Shown here one piece after another: positions 39,071-51,245 of a DNA stretch of 64,000 nt; the first letter of the stretch is position 1; each line of letters starts with the position of its first letter. Origin of the DNA: Octopus sinensis (lineage: Eukaryota); NCBI RefSeq assembly GCF_006345805.1, contig NC_043006.1, forward strand, positions 2,356,001-2,420,000, given 5' to 3'. The translations under genes were made by a program, and so were the position numbers. Below the pieces are notes generated by a model. The model saw nothing but the letters and a program-made list of their open reading frames with translations, searched no databases and had not been told where the DNA came from.

Positions 39071-39350
39071 TCGATTATGCATATATATATATATATGTAT
39101 GTATTATATAGTATATATTATATATATATATTATATATCTATATATATATATATATATATATATAATACACATACTACACTCTCAGAGTGGTTGGTGTTA
39201 GGAAGAACATCCGGCTGTAGAAACTTTGCCAGATTAGATTGGAGCCTGGTGCAGCCATCTGGTTCACCAGTCCTCAGTCAAATTAGCCAATCCATGCTAG
39301 TTTGGAAAGCGGATGTTAAATAATGACGATTATGATGATGATATATATAT

Positions 39351-39913
39351 ATATTTATGAAAAACAAGAACGAAAATGCTACTTTCTTAAAAGTGGGTAC
39401 ATTTTAATTTTCCTTTTTCATGTTTCGATTTGTGAAAAACCTTATCAAAAATATGTTCTAAAAAGGAATATTTAAAGAGAAAAAAATCAAATAAAAAAAT
39501 CAAATTAAAATTAAAATTAAGATTAACATTCATAGTTTATTTTCCTTTTCCTGCAAGAACACATGATAATATCCTTTGGTTCTGGTTGCATGACAAGTGC
39601 AACTGACTGTGACCACAAATACTTCTATCACAGAGATAGTAGTAATTTGTGGTCACAGTCAGTTGCACTTGTCATGCAACCAGAACCAAAGGATATTATC
39701 ATGTGTTCTTGCAGGAAAAGGAAAATAAACTATGAATGTTAATCTTAATTTTAATTTTAATTTGATTTTTTTATTTGATTTTTTCTCTTTAAATATTCCT
39801 TTTTAGAACATATTTTTGATAAGGTTTTTCACAAATCGAAACTTGAAAAAGGAAAATTAAAATGTACCCACTTTTAAGAAAGTAGCATTTTCATTCTTGT
39901 TTTTCATAAATAT
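39351..39913. repeat. 563-bp near-perfect palindrome (foldback element)
   Basis: ~280-bp arms read as exact reverse complements apart from about five differences; loop ACAGA at 39630-39634. Confidence 0.95.
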
Positions 39914-40211
39914 CTACTTACTCATGTGTTACCTCTACAGATCTTTTCATATATGTATATATATATATATATATGTGTGAAAATACATACATACATACAT
40001 ACATACATACATACACACATACACACATTCATACATACATACATACATACATACATACATACGTTAGGAAGGGCATCCAGCTGTAGAAACACTGCCAGAT
40101 AAGACTGGAGCCTGGTGCAGCCTTCTGGCTTCCCAGATCCCCGGTCGAACCGTCCAACCCATGCTAGCATGGAGAACGGACGTTAAACGACGATGATGAT
40201 GATGATGATAC

Positions 40212-40445
40212 ATATAACAAAAGAGATAAAGAGAATATGAAATTCACGAGATGCTTTATTGACTACAAAAAAGTATCTCATGGATTCCATTTTCCCTTTC
40301 TCTCTTTTGTTATATCCTGGACAGACAAGGAGGAGTTCCCAAAGCAAATCCAGTGGCAATTTATATCCATACTGTTGAGGACATCAGGTAACCACAGACT
40401 GTGAAAATGCTTTAATCAGCATACTACAAGGTGTATACACAACCC
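40212..40445. repeat. Foldback-family remnant (hairpin 40212-40316 plus long right arm); left-arm homolog at 42140-42315
   Basis: atataacaaaagaga..gagatgcttt / aaagtatctc..ttttgttatat; 40270-40445 aligns to the reverse complement of 42140-42315. Confidence 0.65.
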
Positions 40446-40488
40446 TAAAATAATCACTGTATATATATGTGAATGTATATATATACAT

Positions 40489-40519
<31 letters not shown>

Positions 40520-40532
40520 CATATATATATAC

Positions 40533-40645
<113 letters not shown>

Positions 40646-40672
40646 CTATATATAATACATATATATATATAC

Positions 40673-40730
<58 letters not shown>

Positions 40731-40865
40731 CTAATACATACATACATACATACACACACACCACATATATATAGGAGGAGAATTCACAAAAAAACCCAAA
40801 AGATGAAGACAGGTGGTATAGACAACAAACAGATGTATTAGTTTAACACTTGGAAAGTGAAAAAG

Positions 40866-40903
40866 TCTTTAACGTTTCGAGCCTATGCTCTTCGACAGAA
40901 AGA
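40866..40903 (-). ncRNA. Minimal hammerhead ribozyme fold with U6 core variant
   Basis: UCUUU-CUGUCGA-A-GAGC(AUAG)GCUC-GAAA-CG-UU-AAAGA, inside an A-rich repeat 40766-40990; decayed copy at 56185-56228. Confidence 0.6.
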
Positions 40904-41302
40904 AACACAGAAAGAAACAAGGAGAGAAAATAAAGAATGTGTAGTGGCTAGCGATCTATCATGGCGAATGCCAGATAGAGGGGTCACACAGGAGAGCTAG
41001 GAAAAGCAGAAAGGGCCAAAAAGTTTAGAAAGTACAAAAAATTTAAGGTAAGTTCAAAAGGTTCAAAAGCTTCAAACGTCATGGTATATTGGAGCGATTT
41101 CTCATCAAAAGAGGAGTCCAGTGTAATCCATGGGTAGGAGAAGTGCAGCTGAAGTGTACGGGCAGGAAAAAGTCGTTTAAAAAACAGAGGAAAAAAGAAA
41201 AAGAAAAAACCACAAATAAGGAATGTATTAATATGACACTCAGAGAAAGAAGAAAGTTTCTTTAATGTTTCAAGCATAGCTCTTTGGCGAAAACAGGAAA
41301 CA

Positions 41303-41338
<36 letters not shown>

Positions 41339-41580
41339 TACACACACACACACACACGTGCACACACACACACACACGTGCACACATACATACACTCATA
41401 CAATGGGCTTCTTTCACCTCCTGTTTACCAAATAAACTTTGGTCAGCTCCAGATTATAGTAGAAGACACTTGTCCATTGTGCTACACAGTGAGATTGAAC
41501 CCAAAATCATGGAGTTGGAAAGCAAACTTCTTAACCTCACAACCATGCATATGCCAATATTTGTGTGTGTATGTGTGTAT

Positions 41581-41581
41581 T

Positions 41582-41627
<46 letters not shown>

Positions 41628-41632
41628 CAGAC

Positions 41633-41671
<39 letters not shown>

Positions 41672-41672
41672 C

Positions 41673-41739
<67 letters not shown>

Positions 41740-41740
41740 C

Positions 41741-41783
<43 letters not shown>

Positions 41784-41786
41784 CAT

Positions 41787-41835
<49 letters not shown>

Positions 41836-42125
41836 GTGATAGATAGAGTGATAGATAGGACTGAGGGAGGGATGGACAGGTAGATAGATAGATAGATAGA
41901 TGAATGGCTGGCTGGCTGACTAGCTGACTGGCTGGCTGGATGGATAGATGGACGGATGGATGGACAGATGGATGGACAGATGGACGAACAAATAGACAGG
42001 CCGACTGGCAGATAGACAGACAGACAGATAGATGAATTGATAGACAGCCAGACGGACAGCTGGACAGGCAGTCAGTCAGTCAGACGGATGGATGGACAGA
42101 CAGACAGATTGATAGATGGATAGTT
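41581..42125. repeat. (GATA)n array grading into (GACA)/(GGAT)/(GGCT) variants
   Basis: Direct inspection. Confidence 0.95.
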
Positions 42126-43918
42126 GTAAGTAATAATTTTAAATTTAGGTATACACCTTGTAGTATGTTGCTCAAAGCCCATTCACTGTATTCGGCCACC
42201 TGATGTCATCAACAGTATGGATATAAATGCCACTCGATTTACTTCAGGAATTCCTCCATGTCCTTCAAGTATATAACAAAAGAGAGAAAGAGAAAATGGA
42301 ATTCATGAGATCCTTTATTACTCACTACTACTGCTTTGACCCATCGCGCATAGGTCCCTCGTGGGTGAGGTGCTGTACAAATAGTTATGGTGCATCAGTT
42401 GGTGCACATATGCAGATGTGTGTGACTTAGTGGTTAGGGTGTTGAACTCACAATCCTGAAATTTTGGTTCCAAATCCTGGACTGGTCAACATGTTGTATT
42501 ATTGAGCAAAACACTTCATTGAGCATTGCTTTAGCCCACTCAGCTGGCTAAAACGAATAACACTGCAAGGGACTGGTGTCACATCCAGGTGGAGAATATA
42601 TATATATGCCATGGAAACTGGGAAGCCAGCCCTGTGAGGCTCTATGACTCAGGAAGGATCCTTGTCCTTCATCCTTTGATAATTATTTAGGATGTGTTGT
42701 GTCAGATGTGTTATTTGATCAGGATGGGATTCCATAGAATGTGTTGTGTACGTTATGTTACCAAGTGGTTTTCATTAATGACTGTAAGATCGGGGTTTCA
42801 GTTCCTGGACTGGGTGATGCATTGTGTTCCTGACGAAAATGAGTAACCTCACGATGAGCTGGCCTCATGTCCAGGTGGGGAATATTTGCATCACAGAAAC
42901 CTGGAAACTGGTCCTTTTAGCTTATATGCCTCAAGAAGGCTTTTTATTTTTTTTTTCCTTTAGTGAAAAAAAAACCCAATTTTTTTGTGGCCGTTGCCAG
43001 TACCGCCTGCCTGGCCCCTGTGCCAGTGGCACGTAAAAGCACCCACTAGAGTCTCGGAGTGGTTGGCGTCAGGAAGGGCATCCAGCTGTAGAAACTCTGC
43101 CAGATCAGATTGGAGTCTGGTGCAGCCATCTGGTTCGCCACTCCTCAGTCAAATGGTCCAACCCATGCCAGCATGGAAAGCGGACGTTAAATGATGATGA
43201 TGATGATGATGATGATGATAGGATGTTTTATGTCAGTTGCATTATATGAACAGGATGTGATCTCATAGAATATATTGCAAATGTTATGTTGTATTATCAA
43301 GTAGTTTTGATTGCATATAGAGGATGCATTGTGTGTGTATGTCAAGTTTTATGATCAGGAGGTAAGTGTGTAGATTTTGTATGGTGTCGGTTGTAATACA
43401 GTATTGAGAGGTGATTATTTTGAAAATACCTCATGGAGTGAGGGCTGTGCCCTGAATAATTACAAGGTGTCCTTTGGAAAGGCATAGCACCCGTTCAGCC
43501 ACCCTGCCGGGGATGCAGCATGGACAGATTGTGAAGAGGTAGTAGAAGAGCTTGGCTGAGCCAACGGTGCTTCTTACTTTGGTGCTGAGCAGAGGAATCT
43601 TTGAAGATCAACACTCAGGGCTATCACACTCTGTCAAGAGAGTAACTGCAAGGCATCCACAGGGGCAGTGTCCATGGTTACTCTCTTACTCTTTTACTTG
43701 TTTTAGTCATTTGACTGCAGCCATGCTGGAGCACCACCTTTAGTCGAGCAAATCGACCCCATGACTTATTCTTTGTAAACCTAGTACTTATTCTATCAGT
43801 CTCTTTTGCTGAACCGCTAAGTTACAGGGGACGTAAACACACCAACATCGGTTGTCAAGAGATGCTAGGGGGACAAACACAGACACACAAACATATACAC
43901 ACACATACATACATATAT

Positions 43919-43970
<52 letters not shown>

Positions 43971-44125
43971 TATGATGGGCTTCTTTCAGTTTCCGTCTAC
44001 CAAATCCCCTCACAAAGCTTTGGTCGGCCCGAGGCTATAGAAGGTGCCACGCAGTGGGACTGAACCCAGAACCATGGGGTTGGTAAGCAAGCTACTTACC
44101 ACACAGCCACTCCTGCACCTAGTGA

Positions 44126-44244
44126 CACTTACAGCACCTAGGTTTCCCAAGCGGTCACCCACCTAAGTACTAACTAGGCTCGACGTTGCTTAACTTCGGT
44201 GATCGGACGAGAACCAGTGCTTTCAACATGATATGGCCATAAGC
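44126..44244 (-). rRNA. Isolated 5S rRNA copy (119 nt), probably a pseudogene/orphon
   Basis: GCTTATGGCCATATCATGTTGAAAGCACTGGTTCTCGTCCGATCACCGAAGTTAAGCAACGTCGAGCCTAGTTAGTACTTAGGTGGGTGACCGCTTGGGAAACCTAGGTGCTGTAAG; full length; apparent CpG decay; no oligo-T terminator. Confidence 0.92.
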
Positions 44245-44451
44245 AATCTGCTAATGAAAGATTCAAAGCTCCTTTGGCACTCGACTGATGTAAATCGTGT
44301 CCCTCTCGCCTGCCACGCTCGCCACTCACGCTGCCTCGAACCTTTGTACTGCTCTTTCACACCTGAAATAAATCGCTGTATAAACTTACACCTCTTGTCT
44401 GCTCATCCTTTCAACTACTGCTTTCGTCTGTCCAGTTTTGCTGATTACGAC

Positions 44452-44615
44452 CACAGTCCTTTTCAGGGCTAATTCAAGTCTGATCTGAATGCGATAACAG
44501 TCCTTTTTAGGACTACTCTCAGATCCGATCTAATTGCGATAACAGTCCTTTTTAGGACTATTCTTGGATCGGATCTAATTGTGATAACCGTCCTTTTAAG
44601 GGCTACCCTCAGATC
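44452..44615. repeat. 45-bp tandem repeat (~3.7 units) upstream of the 5S copy
   Basis: Unit cagtcctttttaggactactctcagatccgatctaattgcgataa, each unit carrying an AGTCC-TTTTT-AGGACT mini-hairpin. Confidence 0.85.
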
Positions 44616-45074
44616 AGACCAGAAGTAGTGGCCAAGAATCTTACCCACTACACTCCCAATTCAAATTCCTAATAATGGAAGTGGATGGCAACAGAGAGTC
44701 ATGGGAATCCAGAAAAGCAACGTGATGAATGACAAACGTAGAATCCATATTCTAAGAGTTGCAGAGCAGACATAACGAGAGAATGGTACGATTGATTGTC
44801 GTTATGTTTTCATCTTTGGTCTTATCAAATGCAGTTTTCTTTTTTTAGCATTGTATTTTGAACTGTTGATGTCAGAAAGAATAGTTTAAGTGAGAAATTT
44901 TTGTTTGTTTTGGCATAGAACTCTCCAAAGAATCTATAGAATGGCAGTTCCTTGTAAAATCTTGTCGCTATGGTAGGAGATTCTGTGTTTGTTTGTGTTT
45001 CTTTGTTGAGCTTCACTGAAGCAAAAATGTTTACTTTCGATTCTGCTAACGAGAAGACGGAAGTGAAGGCAGGA

Positions 45075-45126
45075 AACAGTGTGTGTGTGTGTGTGTATAG
45101 GATGTGTGTGTAGGGCGTGTGTGTGT

Positions 45127-45159
<33 letters not shown>

Positions 45160-45790
45160 TGTGTATGTATGTGTATCTGTAAAAGAGAGTGTGTACAAGC
45201 ATGGGTGTGTGTGTGTGTGTATGTGAGGGTGTGTGCATGTGTGTTAGTGTGTGCAAGTATGTGAGTGTGTGTATGTGTGTATGCGTATATGTGTGTATGC
45301 ATGTTTGTGTGGATTTGTGAGTGCGTATGAATGTGCATGTGTGTTTGTATGTGTATATATGCATGTATGAGATAGTGTGTGAGTTTATATGTGTGAATTG
45401 GTGTGTGTGTATGTATAGGATGTGTGTAGGGTGTGTGTGAGAGAGAGAGAGAGAAAGACAGAGAGAGTGTGTATGTATGTGTATCTGTAAAAGAGAGTGT
45501 GTACAAGCATGTGTGTGTGTGTTTGTGTGTATGTGAGGGTGTGTGTATGTGTGCGTGTGTATGCATGTGAGAGTGTGTGCACGTGTGTGAGTGTGTGCAT
45601 GTGTGTGAGTGTGTGCATGTGTGTATGTGTATGTGTGCGTATGCATGTTTGCGTGGATTTGTGAGTGCGTATGAATGTGCACGTGCGTTTGTATGTGTAT
45701 ATGTGCATGTACGAGAAAGAGCGTGAGTATGTGAGTTTATATGTGTGTGTGTGTGTGTGTGCGTGTGTGTGTGTGGATTGTGTAAGTGTG
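45075..45790. repeat. (TG)/(GA) mosaic with ~320-bp tandem duplication
   Basis: taggatgtgtg..gaaagacagagagagtgtgtatgtatgtgtatctgtaaaagagagtgtgtacaagcatg occurs at ~45097 and ~45416. Confidence 0.85.
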
Positions 45791-46141
45791 AGTGTATAAA
45801 TCTTGGTGGTGGATATATGCGTGTATGAGTGGAGGGGGGTGAGCACGAGAGAATGTATATTATGTGCGCTTCTGTGTTGCATGTGTGCAGATGTTTTTAA
45901 CATCTGCATTAGCAGTAACAACTGCAAAAGTACTAACGATGTGAACAACAACAGCATGGTTGCACAGGAAACTGCAACAACAACAACAACAACAACAACA
46001 ATGATAGCAATAAACTAATGAAGGAGCCTCAACATGGTCACTATGCATACAAGAAACAGCAGCTGAATCTCCCTCAAATAACACTAGATAATGTTATCGT
46101 AGATTGGTTATGTCTGAACAAGAGACAGGATGTTTGTTGTT

Positions 46142-46187
46142 AACACAACGTTTCGGCTGTTATACCCCCCAGCCTTCTTCAGGTGTC
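46142..46187 (-). ncRNA. Minimal (dimer-type) hammerhead ribozyme, intact core
   Basis: GACAC-CUGAAGA-A-GGCUG(loop)CAGCC-GAAA-CG-UU-GUGUU; palindromic AACGUU at stem III. Confidence 0.75.
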
Positions 46188-46245
46188 TTGGGGAAAATTT
46201 GAACCTGGGTTCTCATCCCTAAGGTATTTTTCAATGTTGTTGTTA

Positions 46246-46319
<74 letters not shown>

Positions 46320-46513
46320 TACATAAGAAAGTTAGATGGTTTGAAAGACGAGCTAGTTTTTGATGGAGATTCTCTATATGTCTCCATTGAAGTCTAATGT
46401 CGGCTCCGTACCAATTAGATAATACAGTTCTATATTTAAGAGATGAAGGAATTATGTACATTATTTACATTATTTACATTCAATGGATATTTGTCCTCAT
46501 CTTGCTTGTTGTT

Positions 46514-46559
46514 AACACAACATTTCAGCTGATATACCCTCCAGCCTTCTTCAGGTGTC
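46514..46559 (-). ncRNA. Second hammerhead copy in adjacent PLE terminal repeat
   Basis: GACAC-CUGAAGA-A-GGCUG(loop)CAGCU-GAAA-UG-UU-GUGUU; CpG-type changes in stems II and III. Confidence 0.65.
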
Positions 46560-47504
46560 TTGGGGAAGGCAAAGACACTACTCCTTGAGACCCCTTTCAG
46601 AGCCCCCTAACTATCCATGTAAAAAGAGGCAGATTGAAGTTCACTCGGCAGCAGACTTTTCAGAATAACTCAAAGACAGTCAATGTTATATGGAATGGAT
46701 ATGCAAAAGTAGCAGCCAACTAAACCTTGTTGAGGAAGCTTGACATCTCAGGTGCTGAGCAGGGCAGGAGAATAAAACTGAAATTAACGATGCATATCTT
46801 TGACTGTCATTGACCAAAGTACTGTGCAGGGGGACTGAACCAGAAACCAAGTGATTGGAATGCAGAATGCTTTAACCATACAGCCATACTGAAATGAGTT
46901 CACTATATCTTTCCTAAATGACAGGCGCTGACTGAAATGTTGTATCGACACAAACATATCCAGAACAGCTGGCTTCTTCAGTTTGAATTCTCAAGAGTCA
47001 TTACAAAACAGAAAGCACAAGCAACGTCGTGATAGCCATATGCAATTGGTGCAAAAGTACTTCTGTCTGTAGTCTCTGATCAAATGGAGATTATGAAGTA
47101 AGTTGGATCCTGTGGCTTTAATATCGGTATAATTTAATCAGCTTCTCCAACATTTTGAAATATTGTGCTAAGTGAAGCGTGCATGCACACACATACACAC
47201 CACACACACACACACACTTGTGCACACAAAGACATTCAAACATACATACAGACGTACACACACATACTTAGATTTAGCCTGTTTTATTCTTACAGTTCTA
47301 CCAATCCACTTTCCTGGATAGGTTTTTTTTTTTTAATCTTTCCTGAAAGGATCTGAGTCAAAGTCTGTCCCTTTGGAATTTGAACTCAAAGCACAGAAGG
47401 TTCCTTTTTTAAGAAATGTCTTAGTTTATAAAAAGTATAATTAATATATCTCAGGGTATGTCATGCTGATGACTTCTAAACAGAATAAAATTCTTCTTGT
47501 GAAA

Positions 47505-48140
47505 TCATGTAATATTGCTTTCAAATTTTGACACAAGGCCAGCATTTCTAAGGGAGTTGATTACATCAATCCCAGTGCTTAACTGGTACTTATTTTAATG
47601 ATCCCGAAAGGATGAACGGCAAAGTCAACCTTGGTGGCATTGAAACTCAGAACATAAAGATAAAACGAAATGGCGCTAAGCATATTGCCCAGCATGGTGA
47701 TGGTTATGCCAGCTCACCTCCTTGTAAAATCATGTAATATTGATTTGGAATTTTGGCACAAGGCCAGCAACTTCGTGGAAGGGGTGAAGTCGATTGCATC
47801 AACCCCAAGTGCTCAACTGATACTTGTTTTATCGACCCTGAGAGGATGAAAGGCAAAGTTGACTTTGGCATAATTTGAACTCAGAACGTAAAGACAGATG
47901 AAATGCCGCTAAGCATTTTGCTCTGCGTGGTAACAATTCTGCCAGCTTGCCACCTTGTGAGATCATGTGATATTGGTTTAAAATTTTGGAGAGGGAGTAA
48001 GTCAATTATGTCGACCTCAGTGCTCAACTGGTCCTTGTTTTATGAACCTTGAAAAGATGAAAGACAAAGTTGACCTCAGTGCCATTTGAACTCAGAACGT
48101 AAAGATGGGTGAAATTCCATTAAGCATTTTGCCGAACACA
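47505..48140 (-). repeat. Tandem array of three SINE family C units (~230 bp)
   Basis: Repeated block aaatcatgtaatattg..cacaaggccagca..gatgaaaggcaaagt..gaactcagaacgtaaag..taagcattttg. Confidence 0.85.
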
Positions 48141-48146
48141 GTATAT

Positions 48147-48195
<49 letters not shown>

Positions 48196-48383
48196 TACAC
48201 ACACACAATAATGTACATACATACTTACATACACACACATGCACACATATTTATAAATGCATACACAATCGTGTATGTACATACATACACACATCCACAC
48301 AAACACATCCACATATACACAAACACATACATGCACTAATGCATATATAGAGAGAGACACATACAAAACCATGTACATACACA

Positions 48384-49887
48384 CACTGAACCACAAAAGA
48401 AACGCAAGACGTGTGTGGCTGTGAAATATGTTTTAATTTCATTATGTCAGAAATGGATTTTGATAAATCTGATAAAGTCAATTTCTTGGATCCACTTTGA
48501 CCACAGTCTATGGGTCATTGTCATGTGTTCTGGTTGTGGGCAGATCCAGCTCATTGAGATTGTAGGGCGTGACGTGTTCGATACTGTGTATTCCCTCCCT
48601 GGGTGTTCAAAACAACCATGCACTGTTGGCACATGGAGTGCTTGAGGCGGTTCACAAAAGCCATTGCCACCTGTGCCCACACCCTGAGGAAAGTTGCTTC
48701 CAGTTCCACATGAGTTGCCAGCTTTTGGGACCACCTGGTTCAGCCGTTTCTGGATTTCATCCCACAGGTGTTCAATTAGGTTCAAATCCGGGCTGAGAAC
48801 TGGCAACAGCAGGGATCTGGTGTTGAGCTGATACAGGAAGTCCATGGTGACCCATCTGGGAGGGAGCATTGTCCTGCTGGAACACGTGGCTACGGTGACA
48901 CGTGAAGAAGTGCACGGTGTGAGGTCTTAGGATCTGGTCAACGTAGCACTGCAGTGTGATGCCATTCCCTCTGCCTGCACCAACATTTTGGAACACAGTT
49001 CTTTAATTCAGGTCTATAGCACCCCAGACCATGATGCTTTGGCCACCCCACATCTCTCTCTCTCTCCATGACACATGCATCTCTGTAGCGTTCACCCCCT
49101 CCTATGCCATATCCTCACTCTTCCATCCAAAGTGGAAACACAGTACTGGCTCTCGTCAGAGAAGACTATCAACCTCCGTTGTTGATGCCACCAATGTTGG
49201 TGCTGTGTAGCCCACTGCAGTCATGCCTGACGGTGGCAGGCAGTGAGGACAGGATGAAGGCAACACAGGTTGTTGGCGGCCAGTCAATGATGTATCATGT
49301 CGTCACTGATGAGCCACTGTCCAGTGCCAATTGTCTTGCGAGCTGTCATGCTGGCCAGTCTGAAGCAATCACGGAGGTGTTGCAGGTGGATGAAGTGGTC
49401 CTGCATGGGTGTAGTCACCTGAGGCAGCGCCCTCTGTGGGTATGGTCAGCAGTTGGGGTTGTTGTATTGCTGTTGCAGGTGATAGATGGTGCTGACATGG
49501 ACATTTGTAACCTTTCGCAACAACCAGGGCACGCGACCCTGCATGCAACCAGCCAGCAGCTTCGTCTTTCTGCGCTGCTGACAACCGGGTCATACCTGAT
49601 GCGTCCAAATTACGAATGCCAGGAACATGGTTCAAGTTGATTTTTATACCCAAAACCTCCTCAAAATGCACTTGCATTTCAGTTTCCATGACAATTGTTT
49701 ACGACTGCTACCCGTGGCATTCAACTTGGCTGCGTTTTAGTGTCTTGTTTCAGGGAAAATTGAAAGGTTACCTGCAATTTGGGTCTCAATTATAAACCAG
49801 CATGTCTTGGAATATTTACATTTACCTCCTCAAAATAAATTTTCAGAATTTACCAAATAAGAATCATGTTTCTTTTGTGGTTCAGTG
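48384..49887 (-). mobile_element. Full-length defective Tc1-family (DDE) transposon, 1504 bp
   Basis: Perfect 20-bp TIRs CACTGAACCACAAAAGAAAC; frameshifted transposase MTRLSAAQKDEAAGWLHAG.., FSDES (~49165), IMVWGAI, FQQDNAP, SPDLNLIEHLWDEI. Confidence 0.92.
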
Positions 49888-50849
49888 AACTCACATACAC
49901 AAACACACATACACACATACGTACATACACACATATATAGACACATACACAATCATGTACATACATACATACATACATGCATAAACACATATGTAGACAC
50001 ACATATATGCATGCACACATATACATACACAGATATGTCCAGACATATACATACACAAACACACGCATGCATGTATATATATATGCATACACAATCATGT
50101 ACATACATAATCACATACACACACCAACACATACACATATACATTAACACATTCATGCACAAACACATATGTAGACACACATATACATACGCAGATATGT
50201 CCAGACATATACATACACATACATATATATATATACATAAGTATATATACAGATCTATGCACACACACACACACCTGCATTAGAAGCAAGAACGATCAAT
50301 ACTTCAACAGTTATCATCATCATCATCCTCATACACATACTTATTACTCACATATGCATACACACACATATGTATAAGCAAAACCCTAGGCATACACTTA
50401 CATATGCAAACACGCACACACACATATATATATTCACACACATATACACGAATGCATATGCATACACTTTCATACCCAAATACACATCTATATTCATGTA
50501 CATACATACATGCATACTTGTACACATACATGCAAACACATATACACACTTATGCACACATATACACTGTCAAACCTGCACATACACACACATATCCACA
50601 CACATTTTCACACACATATCCACACATATGTTTACGCACACACCTAGAATAAAAGTGAAAAAGATCAATACCACAGCTGCCATCATCATCATCATTATCA
50701 CCATCATCATACACATACACTTACATGTACAAACACACACACGCATACATACACTCACATGCATATCTATATACATATTCACACTCACACGTGCACACAC
50801 CTACAATAAAAAAGAATATCAATGCCACAACTGCTATCATCACCACCAT

Positions 50850-50881
<32 letters not shown>

Positions 50882-51245
50882 TCATCAGTATATGATGTAT
50901 AAATAGTAGCCATTATCAGCATCACCACCACCACCACCAACAATATCACCTCCATCACCACCACTAACAACACCAGCACAAATATCACCACCACCCTCAC
51001 CACCTTTACCAACAACACCGCCAACATCACTGCCAACACTTCTATCACCATCACTACCAACAACAACTCCACAACCACCCCCATCAATAACACCACCATC
51101 ATCGCCACCAACACAACCACAACCATCACTATAACCACCACCACCACCACCACCACCACCACCACTACCTCCATCACTATGAACAATGTCACCTTCATCA
51201 CCACCACCACCACCATCACTGCCACCACCACAACAACAACATCAT
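50850..51245. repeat. (CAC/CAT/CAA)n triplet mosaic
   Basis: Direct inspection; explains ORF 50785-51231. Confidence 0.9.

Noticed and set aside
41061-41133. Possible next exon (-FKSFKRHGILERFLIKRGVQCNPW), phase-compatible with 27320-27394
   Set aside because: Purine-rich, poor acceptor context and only vague similarity to the expected continuation; needs RNA-seq before it can be called.
46925-47098. Unique island with gacag| acceptor and a downstream |gtaagt donor
   Set aside because: No frame stays open from this acceptor to the donor; the phase-0 frame stops at ~47030 with only weak internal donors.
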